NCBI GenBank assembly: GCA_963750165.1
Contig: CAVVPN010000010.1
Coordinates: 224,001 to 288,000 of the forward strand
Source of the DNA: an uncultured Gemmataceae bacterium
Lineage (GTDB): Bacteria; Planctomycetota; Planctomycetia; Gemmatales; Gemmataceae
Reading direction: 5' to 3'
DNA length: 64,000 nucleotides
Part shown: positions 20,138 through 31,536 of the stretch, one piece after another
How the letters are laid out: every line of letters begins with the position of its first letter
Numbering within the stretch: position 1 is the stretch's first letter
Translations under genes and position numbers: made by a program
Notes under the pieces: generated by a model
Database searches by the model: none
The model's input: only the letters and a program-made list of their open reading frames with translations
Told to the model about the DNA's origin: nothing

Positions 20138-20982
20138 GCACACCGCCAAAGCCCATCCCAGCTCTCCAGCGTATCTTGCTCGGATTTCCTGGAAAACACC
20201 TTCTGCTCGTCGAGGGGCCGAACGACAAGGCCGTCTATGAGGCGTGGCTCAAGAAACTCGCCCACCCGCATCAGTTCGCCGCCAAGGTGGTCGTCGAGAA
20301 GGTTGACGGCAAGCGGGCGGTGCTCTCGTCCCTGGAATGGTTCCGCAACCACGGCGGCAACCCGGGCAACCTGTTCGGCCTGGTAGATCGTGACGAATGG
20401 GACGCCGCCACGGTCGCCGCCCAGACTGCCGCATTGCCGCAACTGCGGATCGTTGCCGGTCGCGACTGCCTGGAAAGCTATTTCGCCGACCCCGACGAAC
20501 TCGAACCAAGTCTCCAGGCCGAGAACCCGGCCTTCGCCGTTCAGTTCCCCGCCTTCCGAACGCATCTCCAAAGCAACCTGTTGGACCGGGTAGCTCACTG
20601 GGCGTTGTTCACCACCACCGAGCACCTCAAAGAACGGATGGCCGCAGCAGTCTATCCGGGCGCCTTTCACGCCACGGTTCCGATCCCATCCGACGCCGAC
20701 ATCCAGAATCGTTTTCAAGTCTGGGCGGCGCTCGTTGCCCATCCGCAACTGTTCGACGAGTTTGACCGGCTGCGATCCCAGGCGCTGGGGGCCGCGGCGA
20801 CAGTGCAATATCGGTCCCACGTGTCGGGCAAGCGTTTCTTTGAAGAGGTCGTACACCCGGCACCGGAAGGGTTGCAGCGGTTCCGCCAAAAGTCGGATGT
20901 CACCTGGCGACTCGATCTCGCCGAGAACGCCCCACACGTCCCGGCTGACATCGCTGGCATCCTGCAACCGCTTCTGGCTTGA
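20134..20982 (+). CDS. TOPRIM/DUF4435-like nuclease (AriB-like)
   Basis: LLVEGPND, GLVDRD and CLESYF motifs; ATGA overlap with the ATPase. Confidence 0.8.
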   Translation: MSTPPKPIPALQRILLGFPGKHLLLVEGPNDKAVYEAWLKKLAHPHQFAAKVVVEKVDGKRAVLSSLEWFRNHGGNPGNLFGLVDRDEWDAATVAAQTAALPQLRIVAGRDCLESYFADPDELEPSLQAENPAFAVQFPAFRTHLQSNLLDRVAHWALFTTTEHLKERMAAAVYPGAFHATVPIPSDADIQNRFQVWAALVAHPQLFDEFDRLRSQALGAAATVQYRSHVSGKRFFEEVVHPAPEGLQRFRQKSDVTWRLDLAENAPHVPADIAGILQPLLA

Positions 20983-21210
20983 AAGCCACAGCGGCTGTCC
21001 ACAGAAGTTTTTCCAGGTAGATGATTGACGCCGCCGCGCCGCCGGCGGGGAAAATGGGGACGCTTCTCGCAACTTACTGGCAGTTAACGAGAAGCGCGAT
21101 AAATCACCCTCGTTTGTCAAGGACTACCTGTTGTTCGCCCTGCGGCGCTCAAAACCCCCGCCCGAAACCCGTATGCTGGCCTGTGGACCCTGTGGCAAGG
21201 AGATGACCCC

Positions 21211-22584
21211 ATGCGAACACAATTGCTTCTGACCGCGGCGGCGCTGCTCGTCGCCGGCACCCTGCTCGGCACGCCGGCCGCGCCGGCCTCGTCCGGTGCC
21301 CCGCCCCAGGCCGGCGACCCGGCCGATGTCCAGCTCGCCAAAAAAGTCGCGGCGCTGGTCGAGCAGGACGAGCAGCGCCTCGTCGAGATCTTCAAGCACG
21401 TCCATGCCAACCCCGAACTCGGCTTTCAGGAGGTCAAAACGGCCGCCCTCATCGCGAAGGAGTTCAAGGCCCTCGGCTACGAGACGCACACCGGCATCGG
21501 CAAGACCGGGGTGGTCGGCATCCTGAAGAACGGCCCCGGCCCGGTGGTGATGTTCCGCGGCGACATGGACGCGCTGCCGGTGCGCGAGCAGACCGGCCTG
21601 CCCTACGCCAGCAAGGCGATCGCCGCGACTGCCACCGGCTTCGTCCCGGTCATGCACGCCTGCGGCCACGACACGCACGTCACGTTCCTGATCGGCGTGG
21701 CGAAGGTGATGAAGGAACTGAAGGCCGAATGGTCGGGGACGCTCGTCCTCGTGGCCCAGCCGGCCGAAGAGATCATCCAGGGGGCGCGGGCGATGGTCAA
21801 GGACGGCCTGTACGACAAGGCGCCGAAGCCGGACGTGCTCATCGCGTCGCATGTGACGCCGATGCTACCGGTGGGGACCGCGTCCGCCCGCGCCGGCAAG
21901 CGCATGGCCGGGACCGACCAGATCGACATCATCATTCGCGGCGTCGGCGGCCACGGCTCCGCGCCGCAGCGCGCGAAGGATCCGGTCGTGATGGGGGCGC
22001 TGGCGGTGATCGAGTACCAGAGCCTGGTACACCGCAGCGTCGATCCGCAGGAGCCGGCGGTCATCACGGTCGGCGCGTTCCAGGCGGGCGACGCCAACAA
22101 CGTCATCCCGGACAGGGCGACCCTGAAGGTCAACCTGCGCTGGTATAACCCGAAGGTCCGCGCGCAGTTGATCGCGGGGATCAAGCGCGTCACCGACGCC
22201 ATCGCGGTCGCCGCCGACGTCCCCAAGGACAAGATGCCGCTGTACGTCATGAAGGGCAGCGCCGGCCCGATGTTCAACGACGAGGTTGCCACGAAGCGGG
22301 CCCAGCGCCCGCTCCAGCTCGCCCTCGGCAAGGACAGGGTCCTGCCCGGTCCGTCGCCGACGATGGGGTCGGAAGACTTCCAGGACCTGGCGGCGCCCTA
22401 CCCCGAAACCAGGGTCCTGTTCATCAACATCGGCTGCGGCCCTGCTGACGTCCTGGAGAAACTCAAAAAGGGCATCCGGCCCGCGTTGAACCACAACCCC
22501 GGTTTCCGGGTGGAACTGCCGGCGGTCGCCGCCGGTACCCGGGCCGATGCCCTGGTGTTGCTGGAGTTCCTGAAGAAAAAGTGA
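21211..22584 (+). CDS. M20 family amidohydrolase, secreted
   Basis: HANPELGFQE, RGDMDALP, MHACGHD, QPAEE, GSEDF, NHNP. Confidence 0.92.
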   Translation: MRTQLLLTAAALLVAGTLLGTPAAPASSGAPPQAGDPADVQLAKKVAALVEQDEQRLVEIFKHVHANPELGFQEVKTAALIAKEFKALGYETHTGIGKTGVVGILKNGPGPVVMFRGDMDALPVREQTGLPYASKAIAATATGFVPVMHACGHDTHVTFLIGVAKVMKELKAEWSGTLVLVAQPAEEIIQGARAMVKDGLYDKAPKPDVLIASHVTPMLPVGTASARAGKRMAGTDQIDIIIRGVGGHGSAPQRAKDPVVMGALAVIEYQSLVHRSVDPQEPAVITVGAFQAGDANNVIPDRATLKVNLRWYNPKVRAQLIAGIKRVTDAIAVAADVPKDKMPLYVMKGSAGPMFNDEVATKRAQRPLQLALGKDRVLPGPSPTMGSEDFQDLAAPYPETRVLFINIGCGPADVLEKLKKGIRPALNHNPGFRVELPAVAAGTRADALVLLEFLKKK

Positions 22585-22636
22585 CCGGTGGTCCGTGGCC
22601 GCACTCAGAAAAGGAGGCGCGCTTGCTGGGATCTGA

Positions 22637-22683
22637 CCCGTTAACGTTTCACGCACCCGGCAAGTGCGCGAAACGTTAACGGG
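22637..22683. repeat. Palindromic repeat; related copy at 24347-24399
   Basis: CCCGTTAACGTTTC...GAAACGTTAACGGG. Confidence 0.7.
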
Positions 22684-22733
22684 GCCGTCGTCAGGAGTTC
22701 TCCCTGAATTGTAGGATTTTCTCCGCTACCTGA

Positions 22734-22763
22734 TTGACGCCACCGCGCCACCGGCGGTATAGT
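22734..22763 (+). promoter_or_regulatory. Sigma70-like promoter for the DUF1501 gene
   Basis: TTGACG-N18-TATAGT. Confidence 0.55.
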
Positions 22764-22870
22764 GCAGGGAAAGGTTTAACCACCCACGGCTGCGCAACCG
22801 GACCACCCTACCCCGACTTCCCGCCTGCCAGCCGGCGCACAGCGAACCCACCAACCAGAGGACTCCGGCC

Positions 22871-24331
<1,461 letters not shown>

Positions 24332-24346
24332 CGCCGGGTGCGCGCG

Positions 24347-24399
24347 AAACGTAAACGGGGGCAGCAGGGCGCCGGTCCCAGCTGACCCCGTTTACGTTT
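24347..24399. repeat. Palindromic repeat or terminator related to 22637-22683
   Basis: AAACGTAAACGGGG...CCCCGTTTACGTTT. Confidence 0.7.
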
Positions 24400-24521
24400 T
24401 GTCAAAACGTTTTGAGCCAGCATGAAACGAAATGACGGGCGGGAGGTGCAACTATACTCGACGCGGGGAAACCTGACACGAGCCCAGTATAACCCTCTCG
24501 CCGTCGTTTTTTTATGCGGCT

Positions 24522-25052
24522 TTACACCGCGTTCGCGGCCTGAACCGCATTTCGGGCGGCGTCACCAGCCGAACCGTTCGCCGAAGCGGGAAAAGAAAAC
24601 GGCTCTTCCGTTTTTAGGTGCGGGTTATCGGCCCGATTCTCAATTTTCCCTGGAAAAATCGTGGGGTACGTGATCGTCCGTTCACCGAAAATCCAGTGTT
24701 TCGCACCTAAAAACGGAAGAGCCAAGAAAACGTCTATCGGGTTTATTGGGTCTCTGGACTCAAAGAAATCAGCGGCCACGGCCCGCCCTGTCTGGTCGTT
24801 GAATTTCACCCAAGTCCACCCGGAGCGGCCGGTCCAAAAACGAAAGGTGTAGCCCTCGGCTGAAACGGCTTCTTCGTCGGCGACTCCAAAAAGCTCCCTT
24901 ACTTCCGGGAGCGTCAGCCCCTTTACGCGATAGACGTTCGCCCTGGTGACGCGATCCGGGCGCGGCGTGTTCGTCAGCACGAAGGCCAGTGCCGCCGCAG
25001 TCACCGTCGCAAAGGCAAGCAGACCCCATCTCAGCAGTCGTCGCTTGCCCAT
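24522..25052 (-). CDS. Membrane-anchored hypothetical protein, C-terminus altered by a MITE
   Basis: N-terminal TM segment; removing the MITE and one TSD restores ...PIDVFFSRFGERFGW* (stop at 24562-24564). Confidence 0.7.
   Translation of the reverse strand: MGKRRLLRWGLLAFATVTAAALAFVLTNTPRPDRVTRANVYRVKGLTLPEVRELFGVADEEAVSAEGYTFRFWTGRSGWTWVKFNDQTGRAVAADFFESRDPINPIDVFLALPFLGAKHWIFGERTITYPTIFPGKIENRADNPHLKTEEPFSFPASANGSAGDAARNAVQAANAV
24601..24723. mobile_element. 123-bp MITE (IS1595-like ends)
   Basis: Perfect 22-bp TIR GGCTCTTCCGTTTTTAGGTGCG; 8-bp TSD AAGAAAAC at 24593-24600 and 24724-24731. Confidence 0.93.
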
Positions 25053-28000
25053 GACTCACTCCCCTGGCGCCCCGCCGTCCGGTGTAGCCGGGTTTTGCTG
25101 ACCTTGCTCGCGCTCGATTTGCGCGTGGCCAGGTACTCCAGCAAGTCCGCCGCCTGCTGGGCGGTCAGGCCGGCCAGCTGGCCGTCGGGCATCAGCGAGG
25201 TCCGCGACGGCCGCAGTTGCTCCACGTCGCCAGCCGGCAACACAATCTCCTTGTTCTGCCCGTCGCGCAGCACCACCTGCTTGTCGTCGCGCTTCACCAG
25301 CAGCCCCGTGACCGAGCGGCCGTCCGCCACCTGGGCGCTGTAGGCGGCGTACTTCGGCTCGATACGCCGCGACGGCTCCAGAATGCTTTCCAGCAAATCC
25401 GCGCGCGACCGCTGCTTGCCAATGACCGTCAGGTCCGGCCCAATCGGCGTACCACGGTCGCCGACCTTGTGGCAGCTGCCGCAGTTGACCGTCTGCGACC
25501 AGAACAGCTTTTCGCCGCGGCCGGCGTTCCCCGCCAGCGCCAGAATGGCCCGCGGCCGTGGGTTCGAGCCGAGTTTGCGTTCGCCCTTCTCGCCGGCGGG
25601 GAAGTAGCCCTCGAACAGATCGCGCACCGGCCCGGCCGGCAGTTGTGCCGCCGCGGCCAGCAATTGGGCACGCGCGGCAGGCTTCAGTTCGCCGCGCCCG
25701 AGTTGCCGCGCTGCCAGCAGCGCGGACCGCGGATCGGCCAGCAATTTTTGCGGCGGCCCGTCGGTCGCCGGCGGCTTGGCCTTGCCCGCCAGGCCGCCGA
25801 TCCATTGCTCGATCAACCGCAGCCCCGCCTCGTCGGGCAGTTCGGAGCCAATGTGCGGCATACGATCGCGGCCGAACTTCGCCATGCGGTAGTACAGTGT
25901 GCTCGCCCACGGATCGCCCGGCTTGATGAGGCAGGCGCCCGGCAGCCCGAAATCGCCGCGCGACGGCCGGACGCCGACCGCCCGCATCTGCTGCACCGCG
26001 ACGGGGAACTGCAACCGCAGGTTCACCGCCCCGCCGCCGCCGTCCGCATGACAGTGGCCGCAGTTGGCGTGCAGGTACGCCCGCGCCCGTGCCTCCAATG
26101 GCTGCTGCGCGTCCGTCGGGTTCGCCAGCTTGCGCTCTCGGCCGGCCGCGGCGTCGTCGAACAGCGGCAGCGGTTTGCCGTTGCCGCCCATGCGCTGAAT
26201 CAATCCCACCTCCGAAAGCGCCACAAGCTGGTTGCGGCCGTCAGGCCCGGGTCGATTCAGCTGCTCCGGCTGGAACGCCAGCGCGTACTCCGACCAGGCG
26301 CTATGGCACAACATGCACTGGCTGCGGCTGTGGAACTGCCAGACGCGCCGTTGCTTGCCCACGCTCACTTCCTTCTCGGCGCCGTCGGCGGGCACCAGGT
26401 CGGCGTCCGCCTGGTCGTCCCGCCACGCGAAGGTGTAAGCGCGCCAGTCCACGCCGTCGAAATGCAGCAACTGCGTCTCCAGCCGCCGGCTGCCCAGCGA
26501 CAGCGTCCGCACCAGCACCGCGTCCTTCGGGAAGTGCAGACGGAAGCGGTGCCAGTCCACCATGCCCGGGATCGGCCGACCGCCTCCGGTGTACAGGGCG
26601 GCAGAAAACTTACCCGGGAAGGCAACAAAATGCTCCGCCGTGGCGCCGTCCTGCCACTGCCGGCTGTTCACGGTGAACGGCAGCACCCCGGCCGCCGGCG
26701 TGTGCTCCTTCACCGAGGCGAACAATCCCGTCTCGGATAGCTTCGTCGGAAAGTCCGCATTGCGGCCGGCGGCATCGTTGCGCGCGATGGTGTGGACCGT
26801 GCCGCCGTCGTAATCGAGGAAGTACAACTCGCCGTGTTTGTCCTCGCCGAAGGCGACGATGCGCACGGATGGTTTGGCGATCTCCGGCATCTCCTTCGTG
26901 CGGTCGCCGTCGAAGCGCGCGGCCCAGAGTCGGCGTGTCTCCCAGTCGCCGAAGACGTAGGCGCCGCGCAGTTCGGGGAACTTCTTGCCGTGGTAGACGC
27001 GGCCGCCGGTGACGCTGCAGGCGATGGTGTGCGACAGCTCGATCAGCGGCGGGATGATTGGCGTCGGCCCGGCCTTGCCCGGCTTGATCGGCTGCGGCCC
27101 CTCCATCGCCGCCCAGCCGTAGTTACCACCCTTCTCGACCCGATGCACCATCTCCCACAACTCCCAGCCCACGTCACCAACGAACAGCGCCCCGGTCTGG
27201 CGGTCGAAGCTCATCCGCCACGGGTTACGGAAACCGTAGGCCCACACCTCCGGCCGCGCCCCCTTCAGCTTCACGAAGGGATTGTCCTTTGGCACGGCAT
27301 AATTCTTGCTCTGGTCCTTGTGGTCGATGTCAATGCGGAGGATGGACGAGAGCAGATCGGAGATGTCCTGGCCGGTTTCAAACGGGTCAGGCGGATTGGG
27401 GTCGGCAGCGTCGCCGGTGGAGATGTAGAGCATGCCGTCGGGGCCGAAGTGGAGGTCGCCGCCGTTGTGGCCGCCCTGCATGAAGGTGAGCACGATTTCC
27501 TCGCTGGCCGGGTCGATCCGCGGCGGGTCGGTGTTGGTGACGGTGAAGCGCGAGACGCGCGTGCCGTCCGCCAGGTTCCGCTGCCGCTGCTTCGGCAAAA
27601 TGGTGTAACAGACGAAACACTGACGGTTCTTCGCAAACTGGGGGTGGAAGGCCAGGCCGTAGACTGCCTCGAAGCCCCGGGTTTGCGGGTGCAGGTGGAT
27701 CTTCTTGAGTTCTTTGGGCAGATCGCAGAACAGCTCCGCCCGGGCGTCCGGTTTGTCCGCGAAGGAGTAGAGCACGCCGCGCTGCTCGCCGACGAAGAGG
27801 CGGTCGCTGCCGGGACAGCGGGTCATCAGCAGCGGGTGGTTGAATTTCAGGTTCGGGAAGGCGCGGACCACCTTGAAGGGCGGCGGCGGGTCCGGCGAGC
27901 CCACGACGCGCGAAGTCGTCCAGGGGACGCGGCCAGCCTTCGGGGGCTGGGCCTTCTGTGGGCCGGTCGGCTCGGCCGCGGAGGGGGCGAGCCACGCCAG

Positions 28001-28054
28001 CAGCCCGGCCGCGAACAGGGACAACGCCGCCAGGGCCAGGGGACGGTACGGCAT
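25031..28054 (-). CDS. PQQ-dependent glucose/sorbosone dehydrogenase-like protein with c-type heme domains
   Basis: Signal peptide; GGHNGGDLHFGPDGMLYISTGD, YGFRNPWR; CMLCH, CGHCH, CGSCH; SLMPDG. Confidence 0.9.
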   Translation of the reverse strand: MPYRPLALAALSLFAAGLLAWLAPSAAEPTGPQKAQPPKAGRVPWTTSRVVGSPDPPPPFKVVRAFPNLKFNHPLLMTRCPGSDRLFVGEQRGVLYSFADKPDARAELFCDLPKELKKIHLHPQTRGFEAVYGLAFHPQFAKNRQCFVCYTILPKQRQRNLADGTRVSRFTVTNTDPPRIDPASEEIVLTFMQGGHNGGDLHFGPDGMLYISTGDAADPNPPDPFETGQDISDLLSSILRIDIDHKDQSKNYAVPKDNPFVKLKGARPEVWAYGFRNPWRMSFDRQTGALFVGDVGWELWEMVHRVEKGGNYGWAAMEGPQPIKPGKAGPTPIIPPLIELSHTIACSVTGGRVYHGKKFPELRGAYVFGDWETRRLWAARFDGDRTKEMPEIAKPSVRIVAFGEDKHGELYFLDYDGGTVHTIARNDAAGRNADFPTKLSETGLFASVKEHTPAAGVLPFTVNSRQWQDGATAEHFVAFPGKFSAALYTGGGRPIPGMVDWHRFRLHFPKDAVLVRTLSLGSRRLETQLLHFDGVDWRAYTFAWRDDQADADLVPADGAEKEVSVGKQRRVWQFHSRSQCMLCHSAWSEYALAFQPEQLNRPGPDGRNQLVALSEVGLIQRMGGNGKPLPLFDDAAAGRERKLANPTDAQQPLEARARAYLHANCGHCHADGGGGAVNLRLQFPVAVQQMRAVGVRPSRGDFGLPGACLIKPGDPWASTLYYRMAKFGRDRMPHIGSELPDEAGLRLIEQWIGGLAGKAKPPATDGPPQKLLADPRSALLAARQLGRGELKPAARAQLLAAAAQLPAGPVRDLFEGYFPAGEKGERKLGSNPRPRAILALAGNAGRGEKLFWSQTVNCGSCHKVGDRGTPIGPDLTVIGKQRSRADLLESILEPSRRIEPKYAAYSAQVADGRSVTGLLVKRDDKQVVLRDGQNKEIVLPAGDVEQLRPSRTSLMPDGQLAGLTAQQAADLLEYLATRKSSASKVSKTRLHRTAGRQGSESWASDDC

Positions 28055-28258
28055 GGGGAAGCCACTCCGGGAGGGTCGTTGGCGGATGAGTAGTGCGTTC
28101 ATTGTAGCGAATCGCATCCGGGGCGTTGAGCACGAAACGGGCCGTGCGGCCCGGTGGCCCCTGCCCCCAGAGTTACTGGGTTGGCCGGACGGACACCAAA
28201 TGGTGGGGCGGGCGACCAGGGGCAAACGGCGTACACTAGGGCGCATCGCGGTCTGTTC

Positions 28259-28315
28259 GTAGCGGAAGTCGCCAGACTTCCGTAGCGGCTTCGGAAGTCT
28301 GGCGACTTCCGCTAC
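28259..28315. repeat. REPIN (GTAG type), copy 2
   Basis: Arms identical to 6385-6444 with a different spacer; shared flank CCCCAAACGCCA in the opposite orientation. Confidence 0.9.
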
Positions 28316-28387
28316 CCCAAACGCCAACCGCTCTGGCGGTCATTGAGTCAACCGAACCCATTCTCGACCTGCACCCGGAGGTATGTC

Positions 28388-30237
28388 ATGGCCGATCCCC
28401 AACAGAATTGGAAAGAACTGGCTGCCCAGTTACGCATCGACAGCATCCGCTGCACCACGGCCGCAGGCTCAGGCCACCCGACCTCCGGCATGTCGGCGGC
28501 GGACCTCATGGCGGTCCTGCTGGCGAAGTACCTGCGCTATGATTGGCGCAGCCCCACCACCCCAACAACGACCGGCTTATCTTCAGCAAGGGCCACGCCT
28601 GCCCCGTGCTGTACGCCATGTACAAGGCGGCCGGCGCCATCACCGATCAGGAATTGCTGACCCTGCGGAAGCAGGGCAGCCGGCTGGAGGGCCATCCCAA
28701 CCCGCACGTGCTGCCCTACGTGGACGTGGCCACCGGTTCGCTCGGCCAGGGCCTGCCGATTGGCGTCGGCATGGCGCTCAACGCCCAGTACCTGGACAGG
28801 CTGCCTTACCACGTGTGGGTCGTGCTCGGCGATAGCGAGATGGCCGAGGGATCGATCTGGGAGGCGTTCGACAAGGCTTCCTATTACAAGCTCCACCAGC
28901 TGATCGCCATTTTGGACATGAATCGCCTCGGCCAACGGGGCGAGACCGACCTGGGCTGGAATAGCGCCGCTTACGCCGCGCGGGCCCGGGCCTTCGGTTG
29001 GCACGCCATCGAACTGGACGGCCATGACGTCGCCGCGGTAGACAAGGCGTACGGCGAAGCCCTGCAACAAAAGGACAGGCCAACCGTCCTGGTTGCCAAA
29101 ACCGAGAAGGGCCACGGCGTCTCCTTCCTGGCTAACAAGGAAGGCTGGCACGGCAAGGCGCTGTCCGCCGACGAGGCCAGGGCGGCGATTGCCGAACTGG
29201 GCGGGGAGCGCCGCATCGTGGTTGCCGTGCCAAAACCCGAGGACCGCCGGCCGCCCGCCCTTCCAGCCGCCCAGCCGCTGCGGCCACCGACGTACGAGCT
29301 CGGCAGCAAGGAAGCGACGCGCAAGGCCTATGGCGACGCCCTGGTCGCACTCGGTGCGGCGCGGGCCGACGTGGTGGCGCTGGACGGCGAGGTGTCCAAC
29401 TCCACGCACGCCGATGAATTCAAGAAGGCTTATCCGGATCGGTTCTTCGAGATGTTCATCGCCGAACAGCAATTGCTGGGCGCTACGGTTGGCCTGGCCG
29501 TGCTCGGCAAGCGCGCGTTCGCGTCCACCTTCGCCGCCTTTTTTACACGCGCTTACGATCAGATCCGCATGGCCGCCATTTCCAACGCCACCATCCACCT
29601 GTGCGGCAGCCATGCCGGCGTGAGCATCGGTTCGGACGGCCCCTCGCAGATGGCCCTCGAAGACCTGGCGATGATGCGCGCGGTTTGCGGCAGCACGGTC
29701 CTGTACCCCTGCGATCCCAACCAGACGGCTCAGCTGGTGGGGGCGATGGTTGATCTCAAAGGGATTTCGTTCCTGCGCACGACCCGCGAGAAAACGCCGG
29801 TGATCTACCCGCCCGGCGAAAAGTTCCCCGTGGGCGGCAGCAAGGTCATCCGTCAATCCGACAAGGACAAGGTGGCGGTCATCGCCGCGGGCATCACCGT
29901 GCATGAGGCGCTCAAGGCCCACGACGCACTGAAGCAGGAGGGGATCGCCGTGCGCGTGCTCGATGCCTATTCGGTCAAGCCGATCGACCAGGAGGGGCTG
30001 CGTCGCGCCGCGGCAGAAGCCGGCGGTAAGTTGCTGGTGGTCGAGGACCACTGGTTCGAGGGTGGCCTGGGCGACGCGGTGCTGGACGCTTTTACCGGCC
30101 CTGGCGTCAAGATGCCGACCGTGATCAAACTGGCGGTGCGCAAGATGCCCGGCTCGAGTTCGCCCGCCGAGGAGCTCAACTCCGCGGGCATTGATGCCGG
30201 GCATATTGTTCGGGCGGTGAAAGGGTTGGTGCAATAA
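28388..30237 (+). CDS. tkt: Transketolase, -1 frameshift near 28552-28555
   Basis: AAGSGHPTS in the first frame; DRLIFSKGHA, LEGHP, GDSE..EG, DGPSQMALED in the second; one extra C in CCCC joins them. Confidence 0.9.
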
Positions 30238-30247
30238 AAATCCGGCG

Positions 30248-30274
30248 GAAAAGGGCCGTGCACGGCCCCTTTTC
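30248..30274. terminator. Rho-independent terminator-like hairpin
   Basis: GAAAAGGGCCGTGCACGGCCCCTTTTC just after tkt. Confidence 0.65.
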
Positions 30275-30527
30275 TGTCCGCGAAACGGCTGTCACGGGGC
30301 CCGATCGCCTGGACCGTCCGCGCCGTACCGAACGCTGCGCTGCCCGTGACCGGGCGCGCGTCCTGGTCCCACCAGGCACGCAGCCGGCTCAGCGCGCACG
30401 GCACGTGAACTCCCTGTTCGGCCGCGGAGGGCGCCGGGGGGCCGGGGTGTCGTCCAGTCTGTGGGTGACGCGCCCCGGCGGTTGGTGTATCCTGAGCTTG
30501 TCGCCGGAGCATCCACGGGGCAAATCG

Positions 30528-30788
30528 ATGTCCGCTACCGAACCACGCCTGAGTCGAGAAGAACTCGCCCGCCGGGGTGACGACACATTCACGCGGCAGG
30601 TCCGCCCTGCCCTCCGCCCGGAGGACAACGGCAAGTTCGTCGCCATCGACGTGGAATCTGGCACCTTCGAGGTGGACGAGGACGAGCACGCGGCGGTAAC
30701 CCGGTTGTACGGCCGGGTGCCCGGCGCGCAGGTCTGGCTCGTCCGGGCCGGCTACCCGGCCACCCACCGGCTGCGGGGCGGCCGGTGA
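30528..30788 (+). CDS. Small hypothetical protein (DUF5678-like), partner of the aspartic protease
   Basis: GKFVAIDVESG, VWLVRAG; GTGA overlap with the next gene. Confidence 0.75.
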   Translation: MSATEPRLSREELARRGDDTFTRQVRPALRPEDNGKFVAIDVESGTFEVDEDEHAAVTRLYGRVPGAQVWLVRAGYPATHRLRGGR

Positions 30789-31156
30789 TCCGTGGCACCG
30801 TGAACGCCAACCGCGAGCCGGTCGTCCGCCTCCGGGTTCGCGGCCCGGGCGGGGTGGTGGCGGACGTGGACATGGTCGTGGACACCGGCTTCACAGGGGC
30901 ACTGGTGCTGCCGGCAGCGGTCGTGGCCGCCCTCGGCCTGCCGTGGCGGTCGGGCGGGACGGCAGTGCTGGCGGACGGCTCGACCCAGCAGACGGACTAC
31001 TACGAGGCGGAACTGGAGTGGGGGCCGGGGTGGCTGTCGGTGCTGGCGATGTCGGTCGGCCCGGAAGCGCTGCTGGGGATGCGGTTGCTCGCCGGCCACC
31101 GCTTGGCGGTCGAGGGCTCCCCGGGCGGTTCGGTGGAGATCGTCCCGTGGCCGTGA
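30785..31156 (+). CDS. Clan AA (retropepsin-like) aspartic protease
   Basis: VDTGFTG catalytic motif, LADGS flap, LLGMRLL. Confidence 0.88.
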   Translation: MIRGTVNANREPVVRLRVRGPGGVVADVDMVVDTGFTGALVLPAAVVAALGLPWRSGGTAVLADGSTQQTDYYEAELEWGPGWLSVLAMSVGPEALLGMRLLAGHRLAVEGSPGGSVEIVPWP

Positions 31157-31246
31157 GCGCCGGCGCCCGCTACGGAGCGTAAAACCGAAAACCGAGCCTG
31201 AGCGGGCGCAACATAATCAGTGGTTCGGCAGCGCGGCCTGGCGGCG

Positions 31247-31426
31247 ATTCGGCGCAGCGACCTGTTCCGCCACTGGCTGCTCGGCTTCGGCTCCGGCGAC
31301 CTGCTCGTGAAGACCGCAGGCGCCCACGCGCAGCAGTTCGAGATGCATAATGTTCTTTTTGTCGGGAACAAGCTCCAATTGATCCAGCAGATGCTCCAGA
31401 CGCGCGAAGTGGTGAGCGGCAAATGA
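31247..31426 (+). pseudogene. Orphan 3' end of a gene
   Basis: Strong codon bias in RRSDLFRHWLLGFGSGDLLVKTAG...REVVSGK*; no credible start or N-terminal part. Confidence 0.55.
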
Positions 31427-31536
31427 TCTTGCGAGCGCGGCGCCAGGACCCTGGACCGCCGCAGGGCGATGCGCGTACCGGCGACCCAGACCCGCGCCCC
31501 ACTCGTGTTGGCGGGCTGCCGACCCGTCGCGACGGG

